Below, one piece after another: positions 37,401-52,400 of a stretch of DNA of 64,000 nt (its first letter is position 1; each line of letters starts with the position of its first letter). This stretch comes from Patescibacteria group bacterium (GTDB lineage Bacteria; Omnitrophota; Gorgyraeia; Gygaellales; Profunditerraquicolaceae), in NCBI GenBank assembly GCA_035506195.1, contig DATJPV010000041.1, positions 112-64,111 of the forward strand, given 5' to 3'. The translations under genes and the position numbers were made by a program. The notes beneath the pieces were generated by a model. It was not told the DNA's origin. It saw only the letters and a list, made by a program, of their open reading frames with translations, and made no database searches.

Positions 37401-40400
37401 TTCTCTGTCTCCAGAAACTCCAATACTAACGGAAGCCTAGTTTGTATGTACCGCAGGGAAAAGACAGAGTCGCTTTCAAAATCTGTTTCTTCGAAATTAT
37501 CATCCCAGTCAGCCAGCTTGTTGAGCCTCTCTCCCGGTTCGGTCAATTGCGTAATAAAGAACAATTGCGCAGCCTCAACGGACTCGTTGGTGATAAGCCC
37601 CTTGGGAACTTTAGTAAAGTGCATTACCTTTTCCAGGAGCCGGTCGCCAAGCAGTTCCTGCATTAAATGCCCTGCTGCATTAGCGATGTAGAATTCTGCA
37701 TCCTGAGACTTAACGCTTTTGAGCATGGGCCACTGCTTCATTATGCCCCTAGAGGCATCCTCGATCGTATCGTGCGCAACCGCAACGCAAGCGTCTTGCG
37801 TTGCCTCGGATTCAACTTCAAGCTCGGCGATGCCGTATTTGATGACAAGTTTGTTCTGGACCCTTAAGGGGTGAAGAAAGAAAGGCCGGTCCTGGTTCGG
37901 CCCTCTGCCAGGCCGAGCCGTATGCAGCAGGAGGGCAAAAGGAAATGTCCGGGCAATCAATTCTAACGAGGGACGGCAGTACCCTTGTTGCTTGAGATAA
38001 GCAACGGTCGAAGCATAGACACCTTCGGCCTCCAGGGCGTAAGAACGTGCACTTGTTTCGCTGATACCTGCCGGCGGGACCCGGACAAAAGACTGGCATA
38101 GCATATCTAGGAAGTCTTCTCGCGTAGCCGGGTAACCAACGACGATCTCTGCGCAACGGGAATATGCGCTTTTAAAATTATCGGGAGTAAGCCTGGCAGG
38201 AATGATCTCTGCAACCGGACTGCTGGCCTCTTTATTATAGGCATCGCGTGCCAATCGTTGCAGCGCATCCGTAAGCGCCTGGTCGCGCAGCGGCGGTACC
38301 TGATTCCTTTCGAAATTCGTTCCGACAAAACCGCTTGCCTTGCTGATAACCACAGAACGGTAATTCAGGTAGAGAAAAGACCCTTGCGCATAAAGCCCGG
38401 TATGCGTATCGAAACAGCACAAGGCAAACTGCCCTTCTTCTAAGGCCGTGCGCAAAGAATCATCCCGCGTATAATCATCGTAGGGAAGCATAAGCCCTGC
38501 AACGGGCTCGATGGCCGGTGAACTGGCTCCAGAATCAAGCCAAGCCTGGCGTACGATATCCGCGTGTATTTCGCCATACCACCGGCTTCTTTTGGGATTT
38601 ACCAAAAGCCCTTTTTCTGTCAAGCGCCGTAGCAACTGCAGGTCGTCCTTGCTCGGAGAAACCCAGCGCAGCGCGGCAACCTGCGGGTATTCGCATATCG
38701 CAAAGCGCAATAAGGCCTCGCTGACCCCTCCTCCTTCATATTCTGCCCTGGTGCGGATATCGGTTACCGCAAGCCTTTTGCCTGTGCCTTCCGGCCTTGC
38801 CGTCAAATGGCCGAACCATTCTTCACCGTCAAAGAGATCTATGATCAGGCAGCGCTTATCGAGGTTATCGCGCTTGGTAATGGCTACCCCGTAATCCGGG
38901 TTTGCGTCCTCGAGCCTGCGCAACGGTTCTTCCAGGAACGCCATTAACCTCTGCTTCCTGCTGCTGGCGCCTGCTGCTGACAGCGCCTGGGCCTCCTGGA
39001 ACCTGCGTGCCAGATAAGACTGTTTCTTGATAAGCTCCATCAGCGTAGCGGAAGTAAAGCCCGTAAAAGACTTCGGCAGTCGTTCTATCATGTCACGGAT
39101 CATATACAACACTTCATCGGGCCTGACCCCTCCCGGCAAGAACAACCCCCATACCGCATCTTGATCTTCAGTGAGTACGTATTCTATGTGCCGGATAAAC
39201 CAGGAAGGCGTAATATATATCTCATTGGCCTGTCGCAGGGCCTGAGCCAATCGATGCGCAAATGCGGTTTCAAAAGGATCCCGATCCGCTCTTTTGTCGT
39301 CGCCGTGAAATATATCGAAATCATCAACCAGGGGCATCTGGATGGTTTCTAACGCAGTTACCAATACGCTTTTTCTGGCGACGCCAGATCGAATAACAGC
39401 GTTATGCAGCTGGTCTTTGGCCTCCTGCGATAGCCTCTTATCAGAACGCACGCGAGCCGTTTCCATAACCAATGACATATCAAGGCAGGCGTGGCGCAAG
39501 GACCTATTCCCTTTCGTGAACCAAAACGCTGCCTGCAGCGCCCAGCTAGCCCTCCTGAGTTGGTCATGCGCAAGGGCATTGAGAACAAAATGCGTGATCT
39601 CTTCGCTAAACCTGAAGGGCGCCCCTGGATCCAGCATGGCATCTCGAATGCGTTCACGAGCGGTATAATCAATATGCACCAAGGTATCAGTCCCCTCTCT
39701 GTATACCCGCCGGATAAGCCCTCTTGTCCTCAAGATCGACCGCAGAGGCAGGATTTCATCCGCGGCCGAACCAAGCGCGGTGCCGCTTCCGGGCGCGTAA
39801 GAGCCTAAACGCATTTTTATCTGGTTCATCGCCCGCAGTAGGCCGGCTCCGTCATGCTTCCGCAATAACTCGGCGGTATCATACCGGTCACGGCTAACCG
39901 GCGAACTGGAGGCGCTTCCGGCGTATTGCTCGTACGCATCAACCAAGGCATGCGTAAAATCGCCGAAAGGCATGCTGTATTCGCTATCTTTGAAGATCTG
40001 CATGCCTAATGCAAAAAGCACGCGCCAGCTGATCCGGTATCCTCTGGCCCGAAGCGTCTCGATGATTCCTTTCAATGACTGGCGGGCATACACATGCTGA
40101 GGGTCGGGATCCGTTCTTTCGGATTCCTTGAATATGAATGCGATCTCTTCCTCGATTGTTTCCGGCCATCCCATCTCCTCACAGATGCTTAAGGCTCCCA
40201 TGTCTGCAATCATTTCATCGGTCACAAATATGACGGTATCATCCGAAGGATTCATAAAGTTGTGCGGCATCTCATGCGACAAGAATGCGATGAACAGGTG
40301 CTTGGAAAGCTCCCTGACCAAGAGGGCCCCTATTCTAAAAGACGCCCTTGCGTCATCGAAGGCATCGTCAAAATGGGCCCTTTCAAGCACATTCAGCGCC

Positions 40401-43400
40401 ACATTGAAATATTCGCTTTCATTCAACAAGTGGAAGAGGTTCTGATATACGATCAAAATTGCCAGAAAGTATATTTTCAATTCTTTGTCCCTTTCGGGAT
40501 TACCCAAGAGCGTCTTGACGGAGGTATTTTCGTTCAATGCGGCCTTTGCTTCCCAGAGGTACCCTGCGTGGCTGGCGCCCACAAAGTCGGCCATGAACGG
40601 CTGGCTTTGTCGTATGCCTTGCATGATCTCTATGAATGTATCCGCGCCCATGCGAAAGATCCTGTAGAATGCCTGCGTGAACCCGAAAAAGTCATCCCGG
40701 AAAATCCCGCGTAGCTGCGCTTCGCCGATGACCTGCACCAGCCGGCTGAAGACCGCCGGGCTCTCCTGTTCCATGGTTTTGACGAAATGCTCAAACCAAA
40801 AATCGCAGTCCTGCCGGGCTTCTTGCCCGAAAATGCGGATCAGTTGCTCGCGTACGCCTGAAACCGGCGAGCTGGCCTCTGACCGGCGGCCTATATTTGT
40901 TAGCGCTGCGATAGCATCGAAAAAGGGCTCTATCTGGCTGCCATCCGCCAAGAATTGCTTACGGAACAGGTACGGGATGCCAGCCACAGCTGCGTACTCG
41001 TCGATTATCTCTTGGAATGAGGCGGTAATCAGGATGACGGGGATTACGGCAGATTGCACGACCGAGCGGATCCAGCAGGCTAACATAACGCCGTCTCCGA
41101 CCCTCATGTTGAAATCGGTCACCACCAGGTCGAACGGCGTGCCGTTATCTTGGGCCTGCTTGTACATCTGGAAGGCTGGCTGGGCATCTTCGGCTTCGGC
41201 AATTTCGACCCGCTCAATATGAAACTTCACAGGCAACAGCGCAAGTTGGCTGCGTAGTTTTTCTCCCTGGGCCGGATCGTCATCGGCAATAAGTACCCGC
41301 AGGACCCGGGACGGCTCTTCTGCCGGGGAACTGGAACCCGTCTGCGACAAGGATACCCGAACCCGCTCTACCTCTGCCGGGGAAAACCTCCAATTCGCCG
41401 CAACAAACGCCCGGGATTTTATCCCTCGCATCAATCCCTCGCTTGCCCAAGAGCGTACCGTTGCCGGATCCTTGCGCAGGATCTGAGCTGCCCTTTCCGT
41501 AGACAGCCACGTTGACGTATATTTCTTCAAGGTAGCCAGGCCTTTTGCGATGCGCACAAGATCCAGGATATGGATAGCCCTGCCCTCTCTGCCGGTAAAA
41601 CCGAACAGGCTCGGTTGCACAAGATCCGTGCTACGCCCTCCCGCCTCATCGTTGCTCTTGCCAAAAATCTCCTCCACCCATTCTGCGCCGACCAATTGGT
41701 CCAGGTGCTGGGCATAATAATAAAATTCTCCCCTGCTCATCGCTAGCGCGGCCTGCTTAAGCTGGCGGTGGGCCTGGCTTAACGGAACCAAGCATGCTTC
41801 CCGGCGATAGGTTTGTCGTAGCGCCTCTAAAGAAACAAACCATATTCCCCCCACTTTCAGGGCCTGCCATTCCTGGCGGATCTCGGGCTGCTCTAGAAGC
41901 TTGCGGGCCGTATCCTGCGTTATGCCGAGTATCCTGGTCGCCTCTTTCGCAGAAACATAATTCAAAAGTTTATATACCGAAGCGTAGGGGATTTGATACC
42001 GCAAAGGCCTGCCTTGATAACGCTGGCCTACGGGTACTGCCTGGATAAAACCCTGGGCGATGAGTTCTTTTATTTTGTCTGCGCTGCGATGTGTTATTAT
42101 CCTTACCTCTTCCAGAGGATACTCTGCTTTTTCCTGCGGCGGATGCCTTAAGGCAAGTTCATGCGCTGCCAGATACAGGTAAAGATCCTGCCCTGTAAAG
42201 GTGCCTTGCACAATGCCGCGCAGGAGATTCTTCTTTATTACCTTGCCGTCCTGGCCGCACACGAAAATACTAAAATCCTTTTCGAACGTCAACCGCTTGG
42301 GAAGAGGCTGGCCGGTAACGGATACTGCCTCAGAAAGAACAGATGCCCCGGGCCGAGGAGGCAACGACTCGATCGGGAAGTGATAGACCTTGCGGTCTTC
42401 ATGAAACCATATCCTGGCTACAAAACGTTTTCTGGAATATATGATACCGACAACCCTGCCGATGCCGTAGTCGTTATGCACGACTGACGCGCAGCCCCAC
42501 AGATTCTTTAAGAGATCCAGCTTTTTCTCATGCGCAGGCAATGCGTCTGCGGCTTTTGGGGCAGGCTGACGGGTCGGCGAGCTGGCGAAAGAGCCGTCTG
42601 AGGCGTACGCCTCCCATGCCGTGCGGACAATATCATAACCGATCCTGTCGCATTTTAATACGGCGTTACATAACCGGTCCCAGCCGGTTTCCTTTAGGAG
42701 CCCACGCTGCTGCAAATGCCAGGCCATGCCAAGGTCGCCATGATTGGGCCGGCTCCACACAAGACGGCTGGCAAGCGGATGTTCAATGACGGCAAAACAA
42801 AGCAATGCCGTAGCTACGCCCGCCCTCAGGTAGCCTGCCCTGACGCGAACCGAATCGATCTGCAACCTGTTTTTCTGCGGGTGCCATTGTATCGCCAGGT
42901 TCCCGAACCAGCTCTGCGTGTCGTTATCGGATACTGTTATATCCCAGACTGTCTTTTCAATTTGCTCTTCTTCCCGGAAAGAAACAACGTAACCTTGCCT
43001 GCAGACCCCGCGTAAGCGTCCTAGCGGCGGGGATAATAATGAGCGTACTGTTTCTTCGTGAAAAACCGGCGAGCTGGAACTGCGTGCGGCATTTGCGATC
43101 CAGATCCCCCGGATACAAAGAGAGGGTTTACCGTCTTTTTGGGTCACGATGGACTGGCTGTGGAACGTATACGGCGAGCTGTCGGTTGCACATTGTGAAA
43201 CGGGCATTACCGCCTGCGCCTTCACGATAATTGGCCTGAGGCGCAGCGTGAAATGGGGTGTCTGCGGAACAACCGGATTAAGGGCATGGTAGATGCCGGG
43301 GAAAAGCTCTCTGGAGAGGGTTTCGGCACGGGCGTGTGCTGCCTGGCGCTGAAATCCGGCGGCCAGACAAAGCAGCTCTGTGTTTAACCGAAAGGCGATC

Positions 43401-46400
43401 AATTCTAGATAGGGGGTTAGGTCATGCGCGAAGGCGCGTGCGAATCTTTCTGCAAGATCTTTAGAAGAGAAGAATACCTCTAGCGCTCTGTGCGGAATGA
43501 GGCGAGCAACAATGAAGCCTACGGGAGGGCCCCGGGCAAGCTCTTTTGAAATGAAGAAAAACTTCGCGCGGATACCGTCGGTTTTGATAATCGCCCCATT
43601 GAAAACCGTAAGCTCGGCGAATGCGCCGTATTCGATGAGCGCTTTGACCTCCCCTTGATACGTAGGATAATAATCGCCCACCCAGGCATAAGGCGATGCA
43701 TGCTGCAGGGGAGAGCTGCTCATCGGCACGCCGCTATTATCGAGATGCCCCTGCGCGGCGTTTTTACGCGCCACCATGCGCCAGCCCAAAAGGACGGCAC
43801 TTTCCTCGTCATAAAATTCAGCCGGCGGGACTTCGAAGTCAAAACCGTGGCGCCAAAAAAGGTCTTCCCACTCAGCGGATGTTTCAAAAAGGCAGGGCAG
43901 ATTCACCAGTTGTATTGAAAGCCCTTTCTTGAAATTATATATCTCCGTGGCCCGTGCCCAGGAATCCAGGGCTTCGGCATTGCTATCCTGATATCCCGCC
44001 TCCGCCATGATCCTGTCGAGCGTATCCAGGATCAGGCTTCCCAGGCCAAATACATCTGTCTGGACATAATCAAGGACCTCCAAGAGACGGTCCTGCTTGA
44101 GGCGCGACGACATGTCCCGCAGATATTCCATGGCACGCTCGAAAATACCCGTCCTGTCAATCTGCTGGATCAGATAAACAAAGTGCCTGGAGCGTTCCAG
44201 GATCGCCGATTCCGGATGATGGGCAACCAGCGCCATCCTACCGTGCGTATGCAAGAGGCGCGCTAACGCTTCCAGCGACCGGTCTGCCCTTGTGTATTCA
44301 AGCGCATATTGCGAGGTAACCACCTCAAACTTTCCGTTACGTCCTTTTAACCGCCTGGCTTCTTCGATAGACCCGCGATGGACAACAATACCGTCTGAGC
44401 CCGGGATGCGCTCAGCCCGGATAGCGGCTTGATCGATGCCGTGTAAAACGAAACGGGAAGATGCCTCCTTGGCAAGCCGTAATAGCCACAGGTTTCCGCA
44501 CCCCACATCAAGGATAGCTGCTTCAGGCATTACGCAAGCCAAATTAAGGAAAAACTGCGTCCAATGCTGCCGGTAAGGAGCCAGCGTCTTGACATCGGTC
44601 ATTGCGGCAATGGCGGTGTCAAATCCCAGGTCCCAGAACATGTCCCAATCGCATCCTTCCGAAAGGCGACTATCGAATCCCTGAATCGAAGAGCTGGACT
44701 GACGTTGCGACCTTATTTCTACGGACCTATCAATTAAGACAGGCGTTCCCTTCCAGCCCGGCAACCGCGTTACTTTTTCAAATGGCTGGCCATCGAGATA
44801 AATCTCAGCTCCTTCTTTGAGTCGTTTCGGATTTGCCGCCTCCGAACCATCAAGGAATTCCTGACGCATATGGGGTTGTACGCGCAGATAACTGTCGATC
44901 TTACCGCCAAGGGTGGTGAAATATCGCTCGAGGCTGTAAAGCTCATTGCCGGTATAGCGTATATGCAGGCGTTTTGCCGTCCGAACTAATCCCAGCATAT
45001 TGGCAGATTGATCTGCGCACATCTGTTCAGTTAATGCCGGGTGTACACTGCGCACGTGCCAGCTGAAATTACTGTCCTCGCCCTGCACGTAGTAGACCAC
45101 GCCCGTAGGATCGAAAAGCATGCGCGGTATTTTTACATTGTCAAATTGACGGTCATGCCGATTAACGAAATGATTGGGAGAGGCCTGTCCTTGGAAGGAA
45201 TCAGCAAGGAGCGCGGCGCGGCCATCAGCCATCAAGGCGCTGCACGGATGCAGTTTTGCCTGAAGATCCCTCCTGAGTTGTGTAGGCAACGTATCCATAA
45301 TGCGTTGCATGGTTGTATTAAATTCATGATCGCCTTCTCCCAAGACAGGTCTACGGATGATTAAATCAATCTTCGTTCCGAAAGTCTTCAGGAACCAGGC
45401 GATATTTTTCACGTACGCCTCAGTGCCGATGCGGCGAGCCCACTTGCTTGCAGTAACCAAAGACAGCCTTACAGGATTGTAATCTTTGCCCATCAAAATC
45501 GGCGCGCCGGCCCAGAAGCGCGGGTCTTGGGCCATCTGGAGAGCCGCACGCGCAGAAGGAGTATGAAGTTCAACGCCCGCGGTAAATACCTGGAAATACC
45601 CTTCGAATAATGAGGCAACATCATAGAAATCCTTATCGTAAACAGGGTCGTAGTAATCCTTCAGCGGGTCGCTATCGAAATAGAGCCACAGGTATTGTAT
45701 CTGGCCGCTGCGGCGTAGTGTATTGACTACCCGGGCGATCTCAACTACCCACGGCCAGGGCATATACCGCACGAGTCCGGCCGCAGCAAGATGACAGATA
45801 TCGCAACGTATGGAACAGCCTTGCGTAACGTTAACCACAAGATGATATACATACTCATCCCTGAACAAGCTCGCTATACGCTTAAGATCGTCTATCCCCT
45901 CAAAATAAGGCCTGAACCAGTCATAGGGAGGATTCCTGAGAGTGCACAAGATTTGTCTTAATGAGGAAGAATCCATGTCGCGTCTTTCCAGCGCTGCCTT
46001 AAAAGCCTGTATATCTGCGGCCCCCTGCTTACTTAAGGGACAAGGGTATTGATCAAACAAAGCCAGATGCCGAGAAATCTCCTTGCGCCAAAAGCTGGCT
46101 GTAACCGGAGAGCTGGTCAACTGTGCAATGAGTTTCTCCGAGCGCCGGTATCCTACGCCGCTCCTATAGAGTTGGCGCAGAATGAGGTAGTACAGCTGCG
46201 GCACAAATGATGGGTGTTCGTTGGCTGCGGTTGCGATACGCTTGAAAAACGCCCGATAGGGATGAGGCGCATAAAACATCTCTGCCTGTTTGGCCTGATG
46301 ACGGCCTAAGGGATCAAAGTGCCACAACCTGCTTAATTGATCCATATCCTTCTGGCCGTTATGCTGCCGGATAAATTCCAATATGTCCAACGGTGCCAGT

Positions 46401-49400
46401 GCCTGGAATACCAACACCTCCCAGAAGAAGGGCCGGCCCGTTGAGAGGAGATTTAAATACAGAATGTTGGCAAGGTTATCCTGCCCGCTTATCACGGTCG
46501 GCAGATCATCGCAATAGAGGAATAACTCATTGAACAGCTTACGGGGAACGGAATAATCCAAAATAATGGTCACGTTATTATCCCGGCAGATGCGCCGGCA
46601 TTGCAGGTCTCCTTTGTCATTCGCATACTCGAAGAAGCTGTAGTCGTGCCCCCGGGAGAGATCCGAGACGGTTCGGTGTACTTCTGTATCGCGACGGCCG
46701 CACATAACAAAGAACGTGGACCTTTGTGTGCGAAAGTCAGGATGCAATGCCCGGGCCTGTTCAAATACGGCAAAGTAATCGCGCACGCTCTGGGCGGTAT
46801 GACAATAGAGAAACCCCCATTCCGAATCAACGACGTGCTGTATATCATTACCCTGATCCAAGAGCTCCCAACCGGGGAACTTTTTAATGATCCTGGCGCG
46901 TGCGACACGGATCTTTTCATCAACCCTGGGATATTTCTGAGAGTACAACTCTTGGCTGACCGGAGAAACAGGGGGCATCCCGATCTCCTCGTCCCCGAAA
47001 CCCAAATATGCTTCGCCGGCTGAGAGTGGATTAAGCGTAGGGCTTTTGAAGCCCAATTCGTAAATATGTACCTGCGCTTTTGCGTTGCCGCCATAAAGCC
47101 TCAGGGCCGTGCAATCAATGTCTTTTTCTTCGGCCCCCAACGCATACACAATTGAAACATCGTTCTGGCCAATGATCTCTTGCTGCGCGCGATACCATGC
47201 CCTGTTTTGCACATCGAACAACACCTCCTCGCTCTTTCCAAAACGTTCCTCGCTGTACAATGCGGTATTGATAACGCGTATACCCTCTGCGCTTTGCATT
47301 GCAGCCTGCGGATTGATACCCTTGAGGAGTTTTGTCTCGGAGACAAGTTGGATATCTTCCGGCGTATGGAAAATTAAGCGTATTTCTTTATCCGGAAATA
47401 AACGGCGCATTGCCTGAGCCGTATTAACGACAAATACAAAATCGCCCAACCCTGCCATCCGATGATGAAGGATAACATTTACCGCAGCAAAGTCATGCGG
47501 CTGCAGTAGCAGATGAGGATAATCTCTGCTTACGGCCCTGATCGCCTCGCTAAGATCCCATCCCATGCGTTTCGTAATGACACGCAGTATATTAGTGAGG
47601 CGGGCGGAATGAAACGGAATGGACAGCTCCAGCCCGTCAGCGCCGATATTCACACCATACGACCGGGAAGGGATAACGGATATCTTACGGAGGGCTGCGA
47701 CGTCTTTGTGGCGCAGGAGAATATTGACTGCGGTAAGGATTTCATAGTAAGGCAGGAGGCGCCGCGCGCCCTGTTCGATATTGCTGGCAAAATCAGCAGA
47801 TACGGGAATCTGGATTACCGGCATCTCCTCAAGCGGCGAGCTGGCGGCATCATCGAGCAGCTGGAGTTCTGCTTCCACTCCGAATTGCCGCTGGAGCTCG
47901 TCTTTGATCGCCTGGGGCGTTTTTCGTTTCGTTTCTGCAGAGACCCTGTACTCCTCATATTCCGTCATATCAATGACTTCTGCCGTATTTTCATCTACCC
48001 TATACCACACGATTCCCCTCCTCGATAGGATGAAATAACGCTGCCCGCAAGAAGACTGCAAATCGGTAAATGACGGTAAGAAATAGGAGAGGATGCCGTG
48101 CCGGTCAGGGTAATGCGTATGCCCGATAAAAACAAAACCGTTGTTAAATGTCTTGAAAGCCGTTTCTTCGTCCTCTATCCGAAGCTTGTATTCAAAAGGA
48201 GCGGACCTGCCTTGAGCGATCGAAATTTCTTTTGTGCACGAAAGCAGAATAGCATGTAAAGATACGCATTGAAAGATGTCAGCTTCAAGCTGAATGATAA
48301 TCTCTTTGCCTTTGTGCGCGTTATATACAAATTGTTTTAAGCGGGATTCGACAGTGGCATCCGCCGGCGAGCTGGCCCAGTCATAGCCAATTTGAGTAAT
48401 GCGAAGAGTTTTATATGGCTTCCATCCTACCGAGACAAAAGCATAGGTCCGCGGTGCCTGCAATGCATAGGTGTCATCACGATAGGTTTCCCACCCCCCC
48501 CATGTGGATAGTTTCTTGTGTTCCAATTCCAATACGTATCCGTTCTCATCGACGAGCACCGAGGCTTCCAGGCGCCTATCGTCAGAATCGCACTCAGTAA
48601 CAACCAAGACGTGGAAAGAAACAGAAGCGCTGACGAGGGCCACGTTAAAGCGCAATGTAACCGTTGAGGCATTAAAGCCGCGGAATGGCGCCAGCCTGAA
48701 TCCTCTGGGGGTTTTGTTGATATGCAATAAGTGCCGCGCGTGATCCCGCCTTACCATTTCCTTTATGTACTCCTCCGACGAACCTAAGTGTATCTGGCTG
48801 CCAGCGGTCTCGTCCGTGAATAGATGGAAAGGCGGAGACGCCAGGCGAGAACCCCCTTCTTCGGCGCGGCCATTCGACAACGGCGAGCTAGACTCTTGCG
48901 GCACAGCCCAGGCTATTGCTACCAATTCCGAAGGCACTGTTATAAAACCAAAAGCATTCAAGCCTCCGAAGCGCCCCGATATAACATCAGGCTGCTTAAA
49001 TCCGCCATGCTCAAAATAGTGCCTGACCAGATCAATGCGTTCCTGGAAAGAACTATCTTTCCAGATACGGGTTGTTTTGAGAAGATAGCTGTGCTCGCTG
49101 AAAACTACTACAAAGACGCCTTGCGGCTGAAGGAGCCGGTTGGCCTCCTTGAACACATCGAACGGGTACTTGAGGTATGCGATACCGGAGACCATCACGA
49201 CGGCACCAAAGCTATTGTCGTAGAAAGGTAAGTGCGGCGATACATTAACATCATGGACTATCCGACTGGTAAGCCGCGAGTTCGCGCGCATCTCTTCCTT
49301 GCTTACGCCCAGGCCGACTACCGCCGAGACTCGCGGCTTTCTAGGCACATACGAATGGTACCCCGACATTAAATCAAGGACGCGGCTGGCGGGAGGCACC

Positions 49401-52400
49401 AGCGAGCGTAGTTGCCTATAAACGAAACGGGCGGCATCCCTGGGCAAGTATCTCTGGATCCCTCCTCCCATCTCCCGCCAAAATTCCGTATCGGGTGCGG
49501 AATTCGGCGTATCAAAAGACCCCTGCGGGAATAAAAGCGGGTTCTGTGCCGAGATGTCGGATGCGCCTAACAGCCTGGACTGTTTGTACAATAACCGCAG
49601 GCCGGCCTCGACAATCCGCGTCGTGCGTTTACCTACGATAAGTACGGTTTTATCGTCGGTTATTAAATCCAACAGCAGGCTGTCGTTATCGGAATCTTTT
49701 TCGGTCATCAGAATGGCCGGCAAGCCACGGTCGATCCTGCGGGCTTCCTCGATCAGTTTTATCCCGCATACCCCCCCGGGCATAATGAGGTCCGTTATTA
49801 AAAGCGCGATTTCATTATTCTTAATAATCTCGAGGCCTTCATGGGATGCCTGCGCATGGTACATACATTTAAACCCTAGATCGCTAAAAGCCCGATGCAA
49901 TGCTTCGTGATACCATGGCCGGTCATCGACGATGAGGATGCCCGCATTCTGAATAGCTTCATCTGCTATCGGCGAGCTGCCGACAAAGGTGCCCAAGAGA
50001 TTAAGCATCCTCGTATATCTGTGGCGGCCAAGCGTACCCCAGTCAATGCTCGGCTGGTATCCGGCGTGAAGCAGGCAGCGACCGAAAGGCGTTTCCGGAA
50101 GCACTGTTTCCAGTTCGCGTTGGAACGTCTCGTAACGGCCGAAACCTGCATGAGCGGCCATAGCCCTGAAAGGAACTGTCTGAAATTGCCGGTACCTCCC
50201 GCTGTAGGCAGCCAGATCATCCCACCGGGGAGAATCCAACATATCCGCTAAACGTTCGTTAATGGTCCGTATGGTCACGGGGTTTTGTACGTCTTTCATG
50301 CGCAGCTGCACCGCATCTTTGGCTACCCGGGAAACGATTTTAAGAAGGCAGGTGAATATCCCCATGCCGGTGAGGTTGACAGGAAATGCCCTATCGATAT
50401 AGATGCTGTTTACATATACCGAATCCCAGGAAAGCATGATCCGGCCGCTGCGAGAAAACAGCCAGCTGGCCGCAATGGGCGCCTGGCTTATTCTTTGCAA
50501 GAGGCAACCGCGATCAGGTTCAAGGTTGATGGTAAACGACTTTCCGGAAGGCTGGATTTTCGAATACATATCCACGCCTGCCTGCCTTACTCTAAAAGTA
50601 TGCGCATCGATGGATACGCGATGCTCGCATACCTTAAGTTCAATAAGATCATCCGAAAGATGCGTGATGCCGATCGGCCAGTTACCCCCTGCGGAATCAT
50701 AGTCAGCGTTGATGGTGCCTGTCCGGATATTGATCCTATGGATTCGTCCGTTAACCATGAACGGCAACAGATCGTCTCCGTTTTTGTGTCCAACCGCCAT
50801 AAAGATATCTTGTCCGGGGCGCAGCCATGTCATCACGTGCTGATGGCCGAGTGCATTTTCTACGTCCATGGCTATCGTCAGCATCCTGTCTTGCCGGGAT
50901 TGCTGAACCGGCGAGCTGACAACGGCATCCCCGGCGGACGGCGCATGCGCGTCTACATAACCAAGGAACGCCTCAAAATCCTTCCAGATCGTCAAGCGCA
51001 CCGTTGCGCAAGTGACGGAATTACGTGCCAACAGGCTCATGCGCGTGCTATCTTCGTCCAGAGAAATAATCTCACCCGTACTTTCCAGCAATCTGGTGCG
51101 GTAAATATCCGCAACCGCAGGAGAGAACCGGGCTAACGACTGGATTGAATAAACCGGGCCCCCTAGCGGGATATGCAACTCATAATTGTTTTGATAGCGG
51201 TTCATCTCCTTGAGCAGGCGTTCTACCTGCCTGCGCAAACAGCCGAGGAAATAGCCGCCGACCAGGATAAATATCCTCTCCGGATAATTGATGATCTGAT
51301 GGTCCACAAAGTTACCGTATACATGCCCGCGATGAACCAGATAAGAATCCAGGAATACTACTTCATGAATGCGGGAGACCGCAGGAGCAGTCATCAATCT
51401 TTCGATGGAAGGCTTAGCGTGTATGCTGGGCCCGAATATTTCGCTGGCGTGGACGACCAGTAAAGCAAAACCCTTATTCGGGGCAAGCGACGAACTGGCA
51501 AATGGCGATGCGTCTGATGTTGCTGCGTATGAGGAGCCATACCAGGCTGCCCCGATGGTCGTAATGATCCAGCGGTTGTTTAATGGCCGCAGCGTCCTGC
51601 CGCTTATTTTCTGTAGCATTACAGACCCAAGCCAGCCCTGGTGCGTATTGACGAACGCATTGAGAATAAATTGGCTGTGCATTGCCGGAGAATAGTCAAG
51701 GCGCGACCTTTTGCTATATGCGGAACGGGCGAAATGTACCGCAACCGGCAGAAGACCTTTCTGCCTATACGCATTAACAATGCCCTGCATCTTGGCGAGC
51801 ATGGCCGAACGAGTAGGATCGGGGCTGCCTTCTCCCGAGAAGTAATCCGCACAATAAGTCAATACCGTGTTCGGCCGACTTGGCTGAACAGACGAAGCAT
51901 CCTGCGTTACCGAATCGATGGTATTGCCGGTTTCCGGGAATGGCTTTAGCGGCAAACACACCCAAATTATCTCTCCCGCAAGACGACGCTGCAGTTTAAT
52001 GACGCGCCCCCAATTCTTGATAAGCAGCGGTTCTTGCCCTTCCGGAGCGAGTTCATAGCGTTCGTCATCCGGATGGAAATCATGCGTAACGATAGTCACA
52101 TCCTGACCAGGCAATCCCAGCTTGGCTACAAAATCGACAACTTCGTCATGATCGACGGACTCCAGGGCAGCAATGACGCGACCAGCATTGGTGATATAGC
52201 CGGCAATAGTAATATACGAAACATCCTCGCGGATTGTGTGCTTATCTGCGCCGGGGACCTGTTCTACCAAATCAAAACCACTGAAGAGCCAGTTCTTGCC
52301 ATTTTCCTCGATCCATATATAGGGGATCCCGTCTTGAAATCTAAAGTGGAAAATCCGACCGCCGGTGAGCTCAACGATATGGTTGCCGACTTTCTTCGCA

